64,000 nt of DNA from the human T2T-CHM13v2.0 reference genome, Homo sapiens. The DNA is taken from NCBI RefSeq assembly GCF_009914755.1, contig NC_060947.1; one strand, written 5' to 3'. Within the stretch, counting starts at the first letter, position 1. Every line of letters starts with the position of its first letter. The notes under the pieces are model-generated. The model made no database searches. It was not told where the DNA came from and was given only the letters and a program-made list of their open reading frames with translations. Below are positions 49,690-64,000 of this stretch, piece by piece. Position numbers and translations under genes: made by a program.

Positions 49690-52600
49690 TGTTTAATGTT
49701 TGTGGGTACATAGCGGGTGTATATATTATGGGATACATGAGATGTTTTGATGCAGGCATGCAATGTGAAATAAACACAACATGGAGAATGGGGTATCCAT
49801 ATCCTCAAGCATTTTTCCTTTGCATTACAAACAATTCAATTACACTTTTTAAGTTATTTTAACATGTGCAATTATTTTATTATTTACTATAGTCAACATA
49901 GTGTGCTATAAAGTAGTAGGTCTTATTCATTATCTCTATTTTTTATATTAAATAACCACATCACTTTCCCCACAGTCCCCCACTATCATTCTTATGCCTC
50001 TAATAATCATCCTTCTACTCTCTGTGTCTATAAGTTACATTGTTTTGATGTTTAGATACCATGAATATACGAAAACAAGTGATGTTTGTCTTTTCTTGCC
50101 TGGGTAACTTCACTTGACATAATAATGTACAGTTCCACCCATGTTGTTGAAAATGACTGGATATCATTTTTTTATGGCTGAATAGTGCGCCATTGTGTAT
50201 ATGTGTCACATTTTCTTTATCCATTTATCTGTTGATGGACACTTAGGTAGCTTCCAAATCTTAGGTACTGTAAACCGTGCTCCAACAAACATAGAGGTGC
50301 AGATATCTTTTGGACATACTGATTTCCTTTCTTTGAAATATATACACAGCAGTGGGATTGCTGAGTCACATGGTAATTCAATTTTTAATTTTTGAGGAAA
50401 GTCCAAAATTTTCTCCATTGTGATTGTACTAATGTACATTCTCACCAACAGTGTACAAGAGTTCTCTTTTCTCCACATGCTCGCCAGCATTCGTTATTGC
50501 TATCTTTTAAGTATAAGCCATTTAAATCTAGAATGAGATGATATCTCATTGTAATTTTGATTTGCATTTCTCTGAAAATGAATGATGTCGAGCACTGTCA
50601 AAACGGTTGTTTGCTATTTGTATGTTTTCTTTTGCAAAATATCTATGAAAATCTTTTGCCTACTTTTTGATCAGATTATTAGATTTTTTCTTATAGAGTT
50701 GTTTGAACTCCTTATATATTGTGGATATTAATCTCTTGTCAGGTGGGTAGTTTACAAATATTTTCTCTCATTCTGTGGGTTGTCTCTTCACTTTGTTGAT
50801 TTTATCTTTTGCTGTGAAGAAGATTTTTAACTTGATGTGATCCCATTTGTCTATTTTTGTTTTGGCTGATTTTGCTTGTGGGGTGTTGCTCAAGAATTTT
50901 TTGCCCAGACCAATGTCCAAGAGATTTTTCTCAATGCTTTCTTGTAGTAGTTTTAAAACTCGATGTCTTAGATTTAGGTCTTCAATGAATTTTGATTTGA
51001 TTTTTGCATGTGATGAGGGATAGAGGTCTAATTTCATCAATATCCAGTTTTCCAGGCAGCATTTATTGAAGAGCCTTTTCCCTAGTGTAGATTCCTGGCA
51101 CCTTTGTCAAAAATGAGTTCTGTGTGGATTTGTTTCTGTATTATCTATTCTATCCTATTGGTCTATGTGTCTGTTTTTATGCCAGTAACATGCTGTTTTT
51201 ATTACCATAGCTCTGTAGTGTAATTTGAAGTCAGGTAATGTGATTTCTGTTATTTTTACTTAGGATAGCTTTGGCTATTCTGGGTCTTTTGTGGTTCCAC
51301 ATAGATTTTAGGATTGTTTTTTTCTATTTCTGTGAAGAATGTCATTCGTATTTTGATAGAGATAACATTGAATCTGTAGATTGCTTTGGGTAGTACAGAC
51401 ATTTTAACAATATTGATTCTTCCAATCAATGAATATGGAATGTTTTTGGTGTTGTCTTCAAATTTTTTATTAGTGTTTTGTAGTTTTTATTTTAGAGATC
51501 TTTCACTTCTTTGGTTAATTCCTAGATATTTAATTTTATATGTGAGTATTGTAAATTGATTTTTTTTATTTCTTTTCCACATTTTTCACTGTTGACATAT
51601 GCAAATGCTATTGATTTTTGTATAGAAATTTTCTCTTTTGCAGCTTTACCGGATTTGTTGATCAATTCTAATAGTTTTTCTGTGTGGTCTTTAGGTTTTT
51701 TCAAATATAAGAGCATATCATCTGCAAACAAGGAAAATTTGAATTCTTTATTTCCAGTTCTGGTGGCCTTTATTTCTTTGTGTTTTCTGATTGCTTTACC
51801 TAAGACTTCCAGAAATGTGTTGAATAACAGTGGTGACAGTGAACATCTTTGTTGTGTCCCCTATCTTAGCAGAAAGGCTTTCTGTTTTTCCCCATTCAGT
51901 ATGATACTAACTGTGGGTCTGTCATATATGGCTTTTATTATGTTGAAGTATGTTCATTCTATTCCAAGGTTCTGGGATTTTTATCATGAAGGGATGTTGA
52001 AATTTATCAAATGCTTTTTTAACATCCATTGAAATGATTATATGAATTCTGTCCTTCATTCTCTTGATATGATGTATGGAATTGACAGATTTGCATGTGT
52101 TGAACCATCCTTGCATCCCAGGGATAAATCCCACTTGTTCATGATGAGTGATCTTTCCAATGTGTTGTTGAATTTGATTTGCTAGTGTTTTGTTCTGGAT
52201 TTTTCTATCAATATTCTTCATCAATGTTGGCCTGTAGTTTTTATTTTTTCAGGTGTCTTTGGTTTTCATATCAGGGAATACTGGCCTTGCAGGATGAGTT
52301 TGGAAGTATCCCCTTATCCTCTATTTTTAAGAATAGTTTGAATAGATTGGTATTAGTTCTTCTTTAAATGATTGGTTCAATTCAACAGTGCGGCCTTCAG
52401 GTCCTTTTTTTTTAAAAACTGGAAAACTTTTTTTTTTTTAAATGAAAAACTTTTTACATAACTTTTTATTTGTTTGTTCAGGTTTTGGAGTTCTTATGGT
52501 TCAATCTTGGAAGGTTGTATGTATCTAGGAATTTGTTTATTTCTTCTAGGTTTTCCAATTTATTGGCATATAGTTGCTCACAGTAGCCACTAGTGACTGT

Positions 52601-55600
52601 TTGAATTTCTGCAGTATCAGTTGTAATGTCTCATTTTCTATTTCTGATTTTATTTATTTGTATCTTCTCTCTTTTATCTTTGTTTTCCTAAAATTTGTCA
52701 ATTTTGTGTAACTTTTCAGAGAACCAACGTTTATGTCATTGATATTTTGTGGTGTTATTTGTTTCAATTTCATTTATTTCTTCTTTAATATTTATTAATT
52801 TTTCTTCTACTAATTTAAGGTTTGGTTTGTTCTTGCTTTTTAAGTTCTTTAAGATGCATCATCAGATTGTTCATTTGAAGTTTTCCCTATTTTTAATGTA
52901 GGCACGTATAGCTAGAAACTTCCCTCTGAGTACTGCTTTTGCTGTACTTCACAGATTTTAATATGCTGTATTTCCGTTAACATTTGTATCAAAAAAATTT
53001 CAATTTTTTTGAATTCTTCATTGGCCCACTGGTTATTCAGGAGCATATTATTTAATTTCCATGTATTTGTATAGTTTGCAAAATTCCTCCTTTTTGATTT
53101 CTAGTTTTATTCCATTGTGGTCAGAGAAGGTGCTTCATATTGTTTAAATTTATTTCAATGTTTTAAGATTTGTTTTGTGATCTAATATATGGTCTATCCT
53201 TGAGAGTGATCAATATGCTAAGGAAAGTAATATGCTTTCTGTAGTCATTGGATGAGATGTTCTATAAATATATATTGTATCCATTTGGTCTATAGTGTAT
53301 ATTAATTCTGATGTTTGTTGATTTTTTTGTTTGGAAGACCTATCTAATGCTGAAAGTGTTCTGTTGAGGTCTCCAGCTATTATTGTATTGGGGCCTATTT
53401 CTCTTGTTAGCTCAAACCATATCCACTTCATATATCTGGGTACTCTAGTGTTGGGTGCATATTTATTTACTTGTGAATTTATTTTCAGTTATTTATTGTT
53501 TTGAGGCAGAGTCTCACTCTGTTGTCCAGGTTGTAGTGCAGTGGTGCAATCTCAGTTCACCACAACCTCTGCTTCCCAGGTTCAAGTGATTCTCATGCCT
53601 CAGACTCCTGAGCAGCTGGGATTATGGGTGGGTGACACCATGCCTGGCTAATTTTTGTGTTTTTAGTAGAGACGGGGTTTCATCATGTTGGTCTGGCTGG
53701 TGTTGAACTCCTGGACTCAAGGGATCTGCCTGCATCAGCCTTCCCAAAGTGCTGAGATTATAGGCGTGAGCCAATACACCCAGCTTGGGTGTATATTTAA
53801 AATTGTTATATCCTCTTGCTGAATTGACCTCGTTATCCTTATGTAGTGACCTTTTTGTCTCTTATGATAGTTTTCATCTTGAATTTTATTTTGTCTGATA
53901 TAAGTATAGCTACTCCTGCTCTTGTGTTGGTTACCATTAGCATGAAATATCTTTCTATATGTCTTTATTTTTAGTCTACGTGTGTCTTTATAAGTGATGT
54001 GTGTTTCTTGTAAGTAACAGATCAATGATTGGGGGGTCTTTTTTTTTTTTCATCCATCAGCCAGTCTATGTCTTTTGATTGGAGTGTTTAGTCCACTTAC
54101 ATTCAATGTTATTATTTATAAGTAAGTACTTACTCCTGCCATATTGTTGTTTGTTATCTGGCTGTTCTATGTTCTTCTCTTCCTTCTTTTTTTATCTTCC
54201 TGTCTACCTTTAGTGAAGGTGATTTTCTCTGGTGATATAGTTCCTTACTGTTTGTTTCTATGATTCATTGCATGTTTTATGGTTTGTGGTTACCATGGGG
54301 CTTGCAAATACTCATAACTCATTATTTTAACCTGATAACTACTTAACACTCTTTGCATAAACAAACAAACAAGGACAAAGAAAACTAATAAAAATCCTAT
54401 GCCTTAACTCCATTCCCCTACTTGTTAACTTTTTTTGTGTGTTAATTTATATCTTAATGTACTGTCTATGTCTTGAAAAGTTGGTGTTATTATTTTTGAT
54501 TGATTGATTGATCTTTTAGTCCTTCTACTTAGTATAAGAGTTAGTTTACACACCACACTTAAAGGGTTATAATATTCTATGGATTTTTGTGTGTGAGTGA
54601 ACTATTACCAGTGTGTTTTGAACCTTCAGGTGATTATTTATTGCTCATTAACATCTTTTTCTTTCTAAATGAAATACTCTTTTAGTGTTTCTTGTAGGAC
54701 AAGTTTGGTGTTGATGAAATCCCTTAGGTTTTGTTTGTCCAGGAAAGTCTTTATTTCTCTTTCATGTTTTAAGGACATTTTCACACGGTATACTATTCTG
54801 GGATAAAAAATTTTTTCTTCAGCATTTGAAATATATCATGCCACTCTCTCCGGGTCTGTAAAATTTCCACTGAAAAGTCTGCTGTCAGACATATTGGGGC
54901 TCCATTGTATGTTATCTGTTTATTTTCTCCTGCTGTTTTGAGGATCCTTTCTTTATTCATGATATTTGAGGTAGTCTTCTTTGGATTAAGTCTGCTTGTA
55001 CTTAATTTTGTACTTGGATACTGACATTTTTCTCTAGGTTTGGGAAGCTCTCTGTTTTGATCCCTTCGAATAAACATTCTGCCCCTGTATCTTTCTCTAC
55101 CTCCTCTTTAAGGCCAACAACTATCGAATTTTCCTTTTTGAGGCAGTTTTTCTAGATCCTGAAGATGTGCTTCGTTGTTTGCCTCCTCTGTGTATTTTCA
55201 AATAGCCTGTCTTCAAGCTCACTAAGTCTTTCTTTTGCTTGATCAAATCTGCCATTAAATGACTGTGATGCACCCTTCAGTATGGCAATTGCATTTTTTA
55301 GCTCCAGAATTTTTGCTTGATTTCTTTTATTTCAATCTTTTTGTTAAATTTATCTGATTGAATTCTGAATCCCTTCTTTGTTTTATCTTTTTTGTTTGTT
55401 TGTTTGTTTTTGTTTCCTCTATCTGAAAGCTGAAAGGTGACATGTCTCTTTTTCTCCAGAAATTATTCCTGGTGGCTTACTTATTTCATTTGGTGAGGTC
55501 ATGTTTTCCTGGATAGAACTGACCCTAGTAGATATTTTTTAATGTTTTGGCATTGAAGAGTTAGGTATTTATTGTAGTCTTCACTGTCTGGGCTTGTTTT

Positions 55601-57030
55601 TGCCCATCTTTCTTGGGAATTCTTTCCAGATATTTGAAATGACTTGGGTTTTGTAATCTAAGTGGTATCTGCTTTTATGGGCACCCCAAACCCAGTAATG
55701 CTGTAGTTCTTTCTTACTGATAGAGGAATACTGCCAGACTACCGCCAATGTTCCCTCAAGGCCCAAGGGCTCTTTAGTCAGGTTGTGTTGTATGCTGCCT
55801 GGACTAGGATTCAGTCTTCAGGGAAGTGGGCTCCCTTGTGGCCCAGGGCAGATCCATAGATGTCATCCAAGAGTCAAGTCTTGGAATCTGAGACTCCAAA
55901 AGCCTGCTCAATGTTCTAAGACACTGCTGGCCATGTGGGTACCTAAGGGGCAAAGCAAAATTCTCTTTACTTTTTCTGAAGCTGAAGGAGTTTTGTCCCA
56001 CAGCCACTGCAGCTGGTAATGTGCTGAGTCTCACCTGAAGCCAACAAACTTTAGATGCTCACCTAAGACCCTCAACATAGTACCTGGGTATCACTGCTGG
56101 TTATTCAGGGCCCAAGGGCCCTTCAGTTAGCAGGTGATAAATGCTTCCTAGACTGGGTCCTTTCTTTTAAGGCAGTGGGTTTCTTTCTTGCCAGGGTGTG
56201 TCTGTCTAGAAATGTCATCCAGGGGCCTGGAATGAATGACTCATGAGTCTGTCCAGTGCCCTACCCTGCTGTGGCTGAGCTTGTATCCAAGATGCCAAAC
56301 AAAGTCCTCCCACCTCTTTTCTCTCCTCTCCTCAAGCAAAAAGAAGGAGTTTCTTTTGTATCTACAAGTTGTACAGCCTGTGGTTAGGGGAGGAGTGGCA
56401 CCAACATTTCCCTAGCTGCCCTAGCTGGTATCTCAGTAGATAATGTGCCGCTTCCCCAGTCTATTGTCACTGCACCCATTTCATCACCAGAACTCACCTA
56501 TAACTTTCAGTTTCTATGGCCTAGACTGCCCTTCAAGTTTATTTAGATCACAGAGCATGTTAGTAGTGTGGTGGCGAGGTTTGTGGGAAGTCAAGTTCAG
56601 ACCCCTGGGATTAGTGATTGTCCTCTGTCTAGGGCTGCTTTAAATGCTTCCTCCCTGGGTGGGCATCAGCTGAGTTTGGTCTGTGTTTTTTTTTTGGTTT
56701 TTTTTTTTTCTGCTTTAAGAAGACAACACTGAGTTCAATGCCTCACATTTTTTTACTCTCCCTACCCCAGCACACAGAAATGCTCTCCAGCCCATATTGC
56801 CACTGCTGTGGGATGGAGGAAGAGTGATGTTGGTGTTTCAAGACTTTTTTTTTTTAATCTCTCTGTGCCTCTTTCAGCAATACAAGGATAGAACCAAGTG
56901 TTATGAGGGCTCACCTGACTTTTTTGGTTCTTAAAAGGTATCTTATCTGTGTAGATATTTGTTAAATTTGTGTCCTTGTGGGGGTGGGGGTTGGGCAATC
57001 AGCGGAGTCTTTTACTGCACCATCTTGCTT
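49690..57030 (-). mobile_element. Near full-length degraded L1MA2-like LINE-1
   Basis: 3'UTR 'gtgggtacatag...ggcatgcaatgtgaaataa...atggagaatggggtatcc'; ORF2 fragments including FADD (51522-51731); ORF1 relic at 54793-55077; 5'UTR ending 'caccatcttgc'. Confidence 0.88.
53466..53784 (-). mobile_element. AluS (Sx/Sz-like)
   Basis: TSD TTGGGTGCATATTTA (53451-53465) / TTGGGTGTATATTTA (53785-53799). Confidence 0.92.
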
Positions 57031-57034
57031 TACC

Positions 57035-60000
57035 TCTTTCATTACTTTTTTTCTTCTACTAATGTTGGGTTTGCTTTGCTCTGGCTTTTCTATTTTTTAA
57101 GATTCATCTATCGTTATTTATTTTATCTGATATTATTATTTTTCAATGTAGGCACTTACAGCTATAAATTTTCCTCTTAGCACTGCTTTTGTTGTATCCC
57201 AAAGATTTTGATCTGTTGTATTTCTATTATCATTTTTTTTCAAGAAAATTTTCAGCTTTTTACTCTCTTCATTGACTCACTGGTATTCAGGAGCATATTG
57301 TTTAATTTCCATGTGCTGGTAGGGTTTCCAAAATTCCTTTTGTTTATTGTTTGTAGTTTTATTTCATTTTGGTCAAGAAGATACTTGAAATTGTGTCAAT
57401 TTTTTTTCAATATTGTAAGATTTATTTTATGGTGTGACATGTAGTCTATCTTTGAGAATGATCCATGTACTGAGGTGAAGAATGTGTATTCTGCAGCTAT
57501 TGAAGGTAATTTTCTCTGGTGGTATATTTATTTAATTTCTTGCTTTTTGTATTTTGTGTATCCATTGTATGTTTTTATATTTTAGCTTACCATAAGGGCT
57601 ACAGATAACATCTTATACCCCATTATTTTCAACTGATGACAACTTAACACTAATTGCATAAAGAAACTAACAAACAGAAAAAAATACAAATAAAACTCAA
57701 TGCTTTACCTTTGTCATCCCAATTTTTGACTTTTTCTTGTTTCTGTTTACATATCTTATTGTATTATGTCTTGAAAAGTTGTTGTCTTTTTATTGTTTTA
57801 TCTGTTCATATTTCTACTTAAGATATAAGTGTCTCTAGTGGATGCTACTATTATGGTGTTGTAATACTGTGTGCTTTCTTGTGTACTTGGTATTACCTGT
57901 GAGTTTTGTACCTTCATAGGATTTCTTACTGCTCGTTAATCTCCTTTCTTTTTTTTAAGTTTTTTTTTCTTTTATTATTATACTTTAAGTTTTAGGGTAC
58001 ATGTGCACATTGTGCAGGTTAGTTACATATGTATACATGTGCCATGCTGGTGCGCTGCACCCACTAACTTGTCATCTAGCATTAGGTATATCTCCCAGTG
58101 CTATCCCTCCCCCCTCCCCCCACCCCACAACAGTCCCCAGAGTGTGATGTTCCCCTTCCTGAGTCCATGTGATCTCATTGTTCAATTCCCACCTATGAGT
58201 GAGAATATGCGGTGTTTGGTTTTTTGTTCTTGCGATAGTTTACTGAGAATGATGATTTGCAATTTCATCCATGTCCCTACAAAGGACATGAACTCATCAT
58301 TTTTTATGGCTGCATAGTATTCCATGGTGTATATGTGCCACATTTCTTTCAGACTGAAAAACTTCTTTAGCATTTTCTGTAGGACAGGTCTGGTGTTGAT
58401 GAAATCCATCAGCTTTTGTTTTCTTGGGATGGTCTTTATTTGTCCTTCATGACTGAAGGATATTTTCACTGGATATACCATTCTATGTAAAGGTTTTTTT
58501 TTTTCTTTTTCTTCAGCACTTTAAATATGTCATGCCTCTCTCTCTCTCTAGGACTGTAAGGTTTCCACAGAGGAGTCTGCTGTAGATATGTTGGATCTCC
58601 CTAGTATGTTTTTTCTTTTCTGTTGCCGCTTTTCAGATTCTTTCTTTATCTTTGACCTTGGAGAGTTTGATTAATACATACATTGATTAAATCTTTGGAT
58701 TAAATCTTCGTGTTCTATAACTTTCTTTACTTGAATGTTATCTTTCTACCTATTTGGGAAGTTCTCTAACATTACCACTTTAAATAAACTTTCTACCTGA
58801 TCTCTCTCTCTACCTCCTGTTTAAGACCGATGACTCTTAGGTTTTGTTTTTCAGGCTATTTTATAGATTGTCTAGGCATGCTTTACTCTTCTTTACTTTT
58901 ATTTTTTTGTTTTCTCTTACTGTGTATTTTCAAATAGCTTGTCTTCAAGCTCACCGGTTTCTTCTTCTGCTTAACTAATTTTGCTATTAAGAGACTGATG
59001 CATTCTTCAGTATGACAATTGCATTATTTAACTCTAGAATATGTGCTTAATTTATTAATTTATTTTAATCTCTGTGTTAAATTTATCTCATAGCATTCTT
59101 AGTTTCTTCTCTCTGCTATCTTGAATTTCTTTGAGTTTTGTTAATATGGCTATTTTGAATTCCCTGTCTAAAATGTCACATATCTCTCTGTCTCTCCAGC
59201 ATTGGCCACTGGTGCCTTATTTAATGTGTTCTGTGAGACAATGTTTTCCTGGATTGTCTTGATGTTTGTGGATGTTTTTCAATGTCTCAGCATCTGATAT
59301 TTGGATATTTATTGTAGTCTTCAAAGTGTCGGCTTTGTTCCTGTCCTTTTTGCAAAGACTTTCCAGGTATTCAAAGGACTGGAGTGTGGTAACCTAAGTT
59401 TTTTGTCACTGCAGCTGTATTTATGCAAGTGGGAACCCCAAGCGTAGTAATGCTGTAGTCCTTACAGACTTGTAGAGGTACTGCCTTTGTGGTCTTGGAT
59501 AAGATATGGAAAAATTATCTGACTTACAGACTGGGACTCTTGTTCTCTTACTTTCTCCCAACCAACCAGTTTTTCTGTCTGTTCTTAGTTGTCTGGATAT
59601 AAGAGAGGTATGGCAGAAACACCTCTGTGGCCACCACCACTGGAACTGCTCTGGGTCAGGGCAGAAGCCAGCACAGCACTGGGTTTATTCCCAAGCCTGC
59701 TGTAACCACTACCTGGTTGCCACTCATGTTTATTTAAGGCCCCAGGGCTCTATAATCAGCAGGTAGTAGAGCAGGCTAGTCCTGTGTTTTTACCTTTAGG
59801 GCGATGACTTCCAGAAGGCCCTGAGTGGATCTAGAGATGCTGTCCAGGAGCCAGGGCCTAGACTTGGAAACCTGAGAAATCTACCTGGTGCTCTACTCTA
59901 CTGCAGCTAAGTTGGTGCCAAAACCACAAGACAGAATACTTTCCACTCTTCCACTTCCCTCAGGCAGAGGCGTCTCCGTGTGTCCACAACCATCAGAAGA

Positions 60001-61272
60001 CACCCCGAGGAGTACTGCCAGGGTACTGTCAGTGTTCACTTAAGGCCCAGTGGTTCTTAAGTTAGCTTGCAGTAAATGCTGTCTGTCCTGGGGCTCACAC
60101 TTCAAGGCAGTAGGCTCGCCTCCAGCCCAGAGTTGGTCTATAAATGCCATCTCAAAGCCAAGGTTTGGAATTGGGAACCTGAGAACCCTACCTGGTTTTC
60201 TACTCCACTATGGCCAAACTGATACCTAACCTGCAAGACAAAGTCCCCTTTACTCTTTTATCTGCTTTTCTCACTCATAAGGAGTCTTTCCTCATAGCCA
60301 TCCTGTCTATAGTGTGCTGGGTCCACCTGAAGCTGGCATCTCTTGAAGTCTCCCCAAGGTTGATGGCATGTACTACCTGGTTACTAGTGCTGATTATTCA
60401 AGACCCAAGCACTCTTTAGTCAGCAGGTGATAAATCCTGCTAGGACTGGATTTTTTCCTTCAAGGCAGTGGGTTTTCTGCTGGCCCAGGGTTCATCTGGA
60501 AATGTCACCCAAGAGCCAGGGCAGGGATTGTTGGACTTATGACTCTGCCAGTGCTCTATACTACTGTGGCTGAGCTGGTATCCAAATTATAAGACACAAT
60601 AGTCCTCTTTACTCTTCTGTTTCTTCTTACATGGAAGAAAGGGGTCTCTTCAGAGCTGTGAGCTGTTCTGCCTGGGGTTGGATGGTAAGGGGTGATCCAA
60701 GCACTCCCTTAGCCTCCCTGGCTGATGTCCCACTAGGTTACATGCCCCTGAAGTCCACTGGCTCTGTACCCAGATCAGCACTAGAAATTGCCTGGTTGTT
60801 CCAATTACTGTGGCCTGGACAGCCTTTCATGTTTATTTAAGACTCAAGACCACTTTAGTCAGTAGTGGCAAGACTTGCTGAAACCCAAGTTCTGACTGCT
60901 GTGATGGGTGATTTTCCTCTGGCTAGAGTTGATCTGAATGCTCCCTCCATGGGCACCGGCTGAGTCCTGCCTGGTGTTGGCAGCACTAGTTTCAATACAA
61001 AGTCTCCTATCACTGCATTCTCTCTCTTACAAATGCACAGGTTCTCACTCTGCACCACAGGGGAGAAATGACATTGCCAATCTAAGGCTGTCTTTCTGAC
61101 CCTTTTCAGTGCATCTTTAGGTAATATTAAGTTAAAACCAGATACTGTGGTCACTCACCTGATTTTTGGTTCTTGTGAATGTGCTTTTTGTGTAGATAAT
61201 GGACAAATTTGGTGTTTCTGTGGAAAGGATGATTAGAGGAGGCTTCCATTCAGCCATTTTGCCCTGGCTCCC
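57035..61272 (-). mobile_element. L1MA/L1M1-M2-type 5' part with an internal deletion near 57500, ORF1 relic and long monomeric 5'UTR
   Basis: Collinear with the element at 1-5232; ends 'cagccattttgccctggctcc'. Confidence 0.82.
57952..58342 (-). mobile_element. Severely 5'-truncated L1PA2/PA3 (about 390 bp)
   Basis: Young 3'UTR plus the last ORF2 codons; TSD TTTCTTT (57945-57951 / 58343-58349) with microhomology at the 5' junction. Confidence 0.92.
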
Positions 61273-61274
61273 CT

Positions 61275-63400
61275 TCCCCATTTTTAATTGGCTTAGTCAT
61301 TTACTTATTGTTAGTTTTAGGTCTTGTGTATTTTGGATAAGAGCTCCTTATGAGAAATATTTTTATAAATATTTTATATGAGACTGTGACTTTTCCTCTT
61401 GTTCTATTCACATTAACTTTCACAAAGCAAAAGTTTTTAATTAAAAAAGATGTCCAGTTTATCATTTTTTTATCATGGGTCACACATTTGGAGTTGTAGC
61501 TAAAAACTTACTACTATACCCAAGGTCATCTAAGTTTTCTCCTTTTATTTTTTAGGACTTTTATAGTTTTGCATTATACATTCAAGTCTGTGATCTATTT
61601 TTTGTTCATTTTTGTGAAAAGTGTAAAATCTATGTCTACATTAAATTTTTGCACGTGAATTTCCAGTTTCTTCAGCACCATTTGTTAAAAAGACTATTTT
61701 CCTCCATTGTATAACTTTAGCTCCTTAGAGCCTTTGTCAAGTTTCAATTGATGTTATTTATCCGGGTCTGTTTGTAGGTTCTTATTCTCTTCCACTGATC
61801 TATTCATCTACTGTTTTGTCAATACCACATAGTCCTGATTACTGAGATTTGTAATAAGTTTTGAAATCAGTACTGTCAATCCTGTGACTATTCTCCTTCA
61901 GCATTGTGTTGGATATTCTGGGTCTTTTGTTTCTCCTTATAAACCTTAAAATCAGATTGTTAACATTCACAAAATAACTTGCTGTGATGCTGATATGAAT
62001 TTCTTGAATCTATAGATCAAGTTGAGAAGAATTGGCAATGAAATGTATCCCAATTTATTTAGTTTATTTTTAATTTCTTTCATCAGAGTTTTGTTGTTTT
62101 CCTCATCTAGATATTGCACATATTTTGTTAGATTTATACATATCTCATTTTGGGGGCAGTAATGTAAATGACATTGTGTTTTAAATTTCAAATTCTACTT
62201 GTTTATTGCTGGTATATTGAAAAGCAATTGACTTTTGTATATTAACCTGTGTTCCGTGACTTTACAATAATTACTTATTAGTTCCAGCTGTTTACCGTCT
62301 ATTCATCTACATTTTCTACACATACAAGTATGCCATCTGCAAACAAAGACAGTTTGATTTCTTTATTCCCAATTTTTATGCCTTTTATTTCATTTTTTGC
62401 CTTATTGCATTAACTAGGACTTCGAGTATAATGTTGAAAAATAGCAGTAAGAGAGGACATGATCTTAGTAAGAAAGCTTTAAGTTTCTCACCAGTAAGTA
62501 TAATGTTAGATGTAGGGTTTTTTGGACATATTATTTATTGAGTTGGGTACATTTCCCTCCATTTTTAGTTTTCTGAACATTTTTATTATGAATAGTGTAG
62601 GATTTTTTTCAAGTGCTTTTGCTGCAACTATTGATTTAATCATGTAAGTTTTCTACTTTAGCCTTGACATGATAAATTACATTAATTGATCTTTAAATGT
62701 TGAGCCAGTCTTGCATACCCAGGATAAATTCCTATTGGTTGTTGTGTATAATTGTTATTCTATATAGTTAAATTCAGTTTGCTACATTTTATTGAGAATA
62801 TTTGCATCTATGTTTATTAGAAACATTGCTCTGGAGCTGTCTTTTCCTGTAATGGATTTGTCTGATTTTGGTGTTGGGGTAGTGCTGACCTCATAGAATA
62901 AAAATGCATTTCATCTGCTTCTGGACTGGTGTTTCTGTTTTGAAAAAATATTAATTATTTATTCAAATTTTTAATAGATATATGCCCATGCAAATTGTCT
63001 ATTTCTTCTTGTGTGAGTTTTGTCAGACTGACTTTCAAGAAATCTGTCCATTTCTTGTGTATTGTCAAATTTGTTGGCATGAAGTTGTTCACAGTATTTG
63101 TTATCTTTCTCTTGTCCATAAATTATAAAGTTTTGTTTCCTTTTTTATTTGACATATTGGTGATTTATGTTCTCTTTCTTTTCTTCTTAGCTTGTGAAGA
63201 AGCCCATTGATTTTATTAATCCTTAAAAAACACTGCTTTGAGCTTCATTGATTCTCTCTATTAGCTTCCTGTTTGGCTCTAATGTTTATTATTTCTACTG
63301 CTTATTTTTTATTTTATTTTCTATTTTTTCTAGTATCCTGAGATGAAAGATTTGATTATTTCTTTTATATATGTCTTCTTTTCTAATATATGCATTTTTT
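61275..63400 (-). mobile_element. Old L1M (MB/MC-type) ORF2 relic
   Basis: Degraded ORF2 including 'gccatctgcaaacaaagacag' (LSLFADG). Confidence 0.75.
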
Positions 63401-63589
63401 ATTTTAATACATTGTTTTACCATTTGAAAAAAAATACAAAAAAAATGAAAGCAGCATTGTTTAGAGGAACTGTCACCACAATCTTTAATACACTATTATT
63501 TTCCTTGAAATTATGCTTTTAAAAATGTATATGTTTGTTTATTGTTTTCTTCTTCTACAATACAAATTGGGCTGTTTCTTTTTCTCCAT

Positions 63590-64000
63590 CTTTTAATGTT
63601 AGCTTTGGGAGTAAATGTGAAGATTCATTACATAGGTAAACATCTGTCATGGGGGTTTGTTGAGCAGATTACTCCATCAACCAGGTATTAAACCCAGCAC
63701 TCAAGAGTTATATTTTCTGCTCCTGTCCCTCCCCACAACATCCACCCTCAAGTAGATTCTAGTGTCTGTTGCTTCCTTCTTTGTGTTTATAAATTCTCAC
63801 CATTTAGCTCCCACTTATAAGTGAGAACATGTGGTATGTGGTTTTCTGTTTCTGCATTAGTTTAGTATGAATAATAGCCTCCAGCTCCATCCATCTTCTT
63901 GAAAAAGACATGATCTCACTTTTTTAATGGCTGCATAGCATTCTATGGTGTGTATGTACCACATTTTCTTTATCCAATCTGTCATTAATGGGCATTTAGG
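63590..64000 (-). mobile_element. L1PA12/13-like 3' end, running off the window
   Basis: 'gtcatgggggtttgtt...caagtaga...atttagctcccacttataagtgagaac'. Confidence 0.8.

Noticed and set aside
58182-58481. 99-aa chimeric ORF fusing the old L1 ORF1 C-terminus (YPVKISF...INTRPVLQKMLK) in frame to the young ORF2 C-terminus
   Set aside because: It is a chance in-frame junction made by the truncated insertion. The upstream ORF1 is degraded and there is no sign of expression.

Overview
Primate (hominid-like) AT-rich genomic DNA. Most of the window is nested LINE-1 sequence, and I can recognise no host protein-coding gene, RNA gene or prokaryotic-type system. The main element is a full-length, L1PA2-like LINE-1 on the minus strand (16162-22215). 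It has a 14-bp TSD, an intact ORF1, an intact antisense ORF0, an ORF2 broken by a single nonsense codon, and 22 extra nt at its 5' end. Around it are about 15 other L1 pieces (L1PA3 to L1M), nearly all on the minus strand. There are also eight Alus, a FLAM monomer, solo LTRs (MER9, THE1, MSTA, LTR15-like, MLT1), a Tigger2a split by an LTR, and MIR/L2 relics. The most notable observations are a probable gene-conversion tract between two L1s 22.4 kb apart, a candidate 5' transduction, a TSD-less L1PA3 and a strong L1 strand bias. I found no evidence of a new biological system. Subfamily names come from recalled consensus features, and boundaries of old repeats are approximate.
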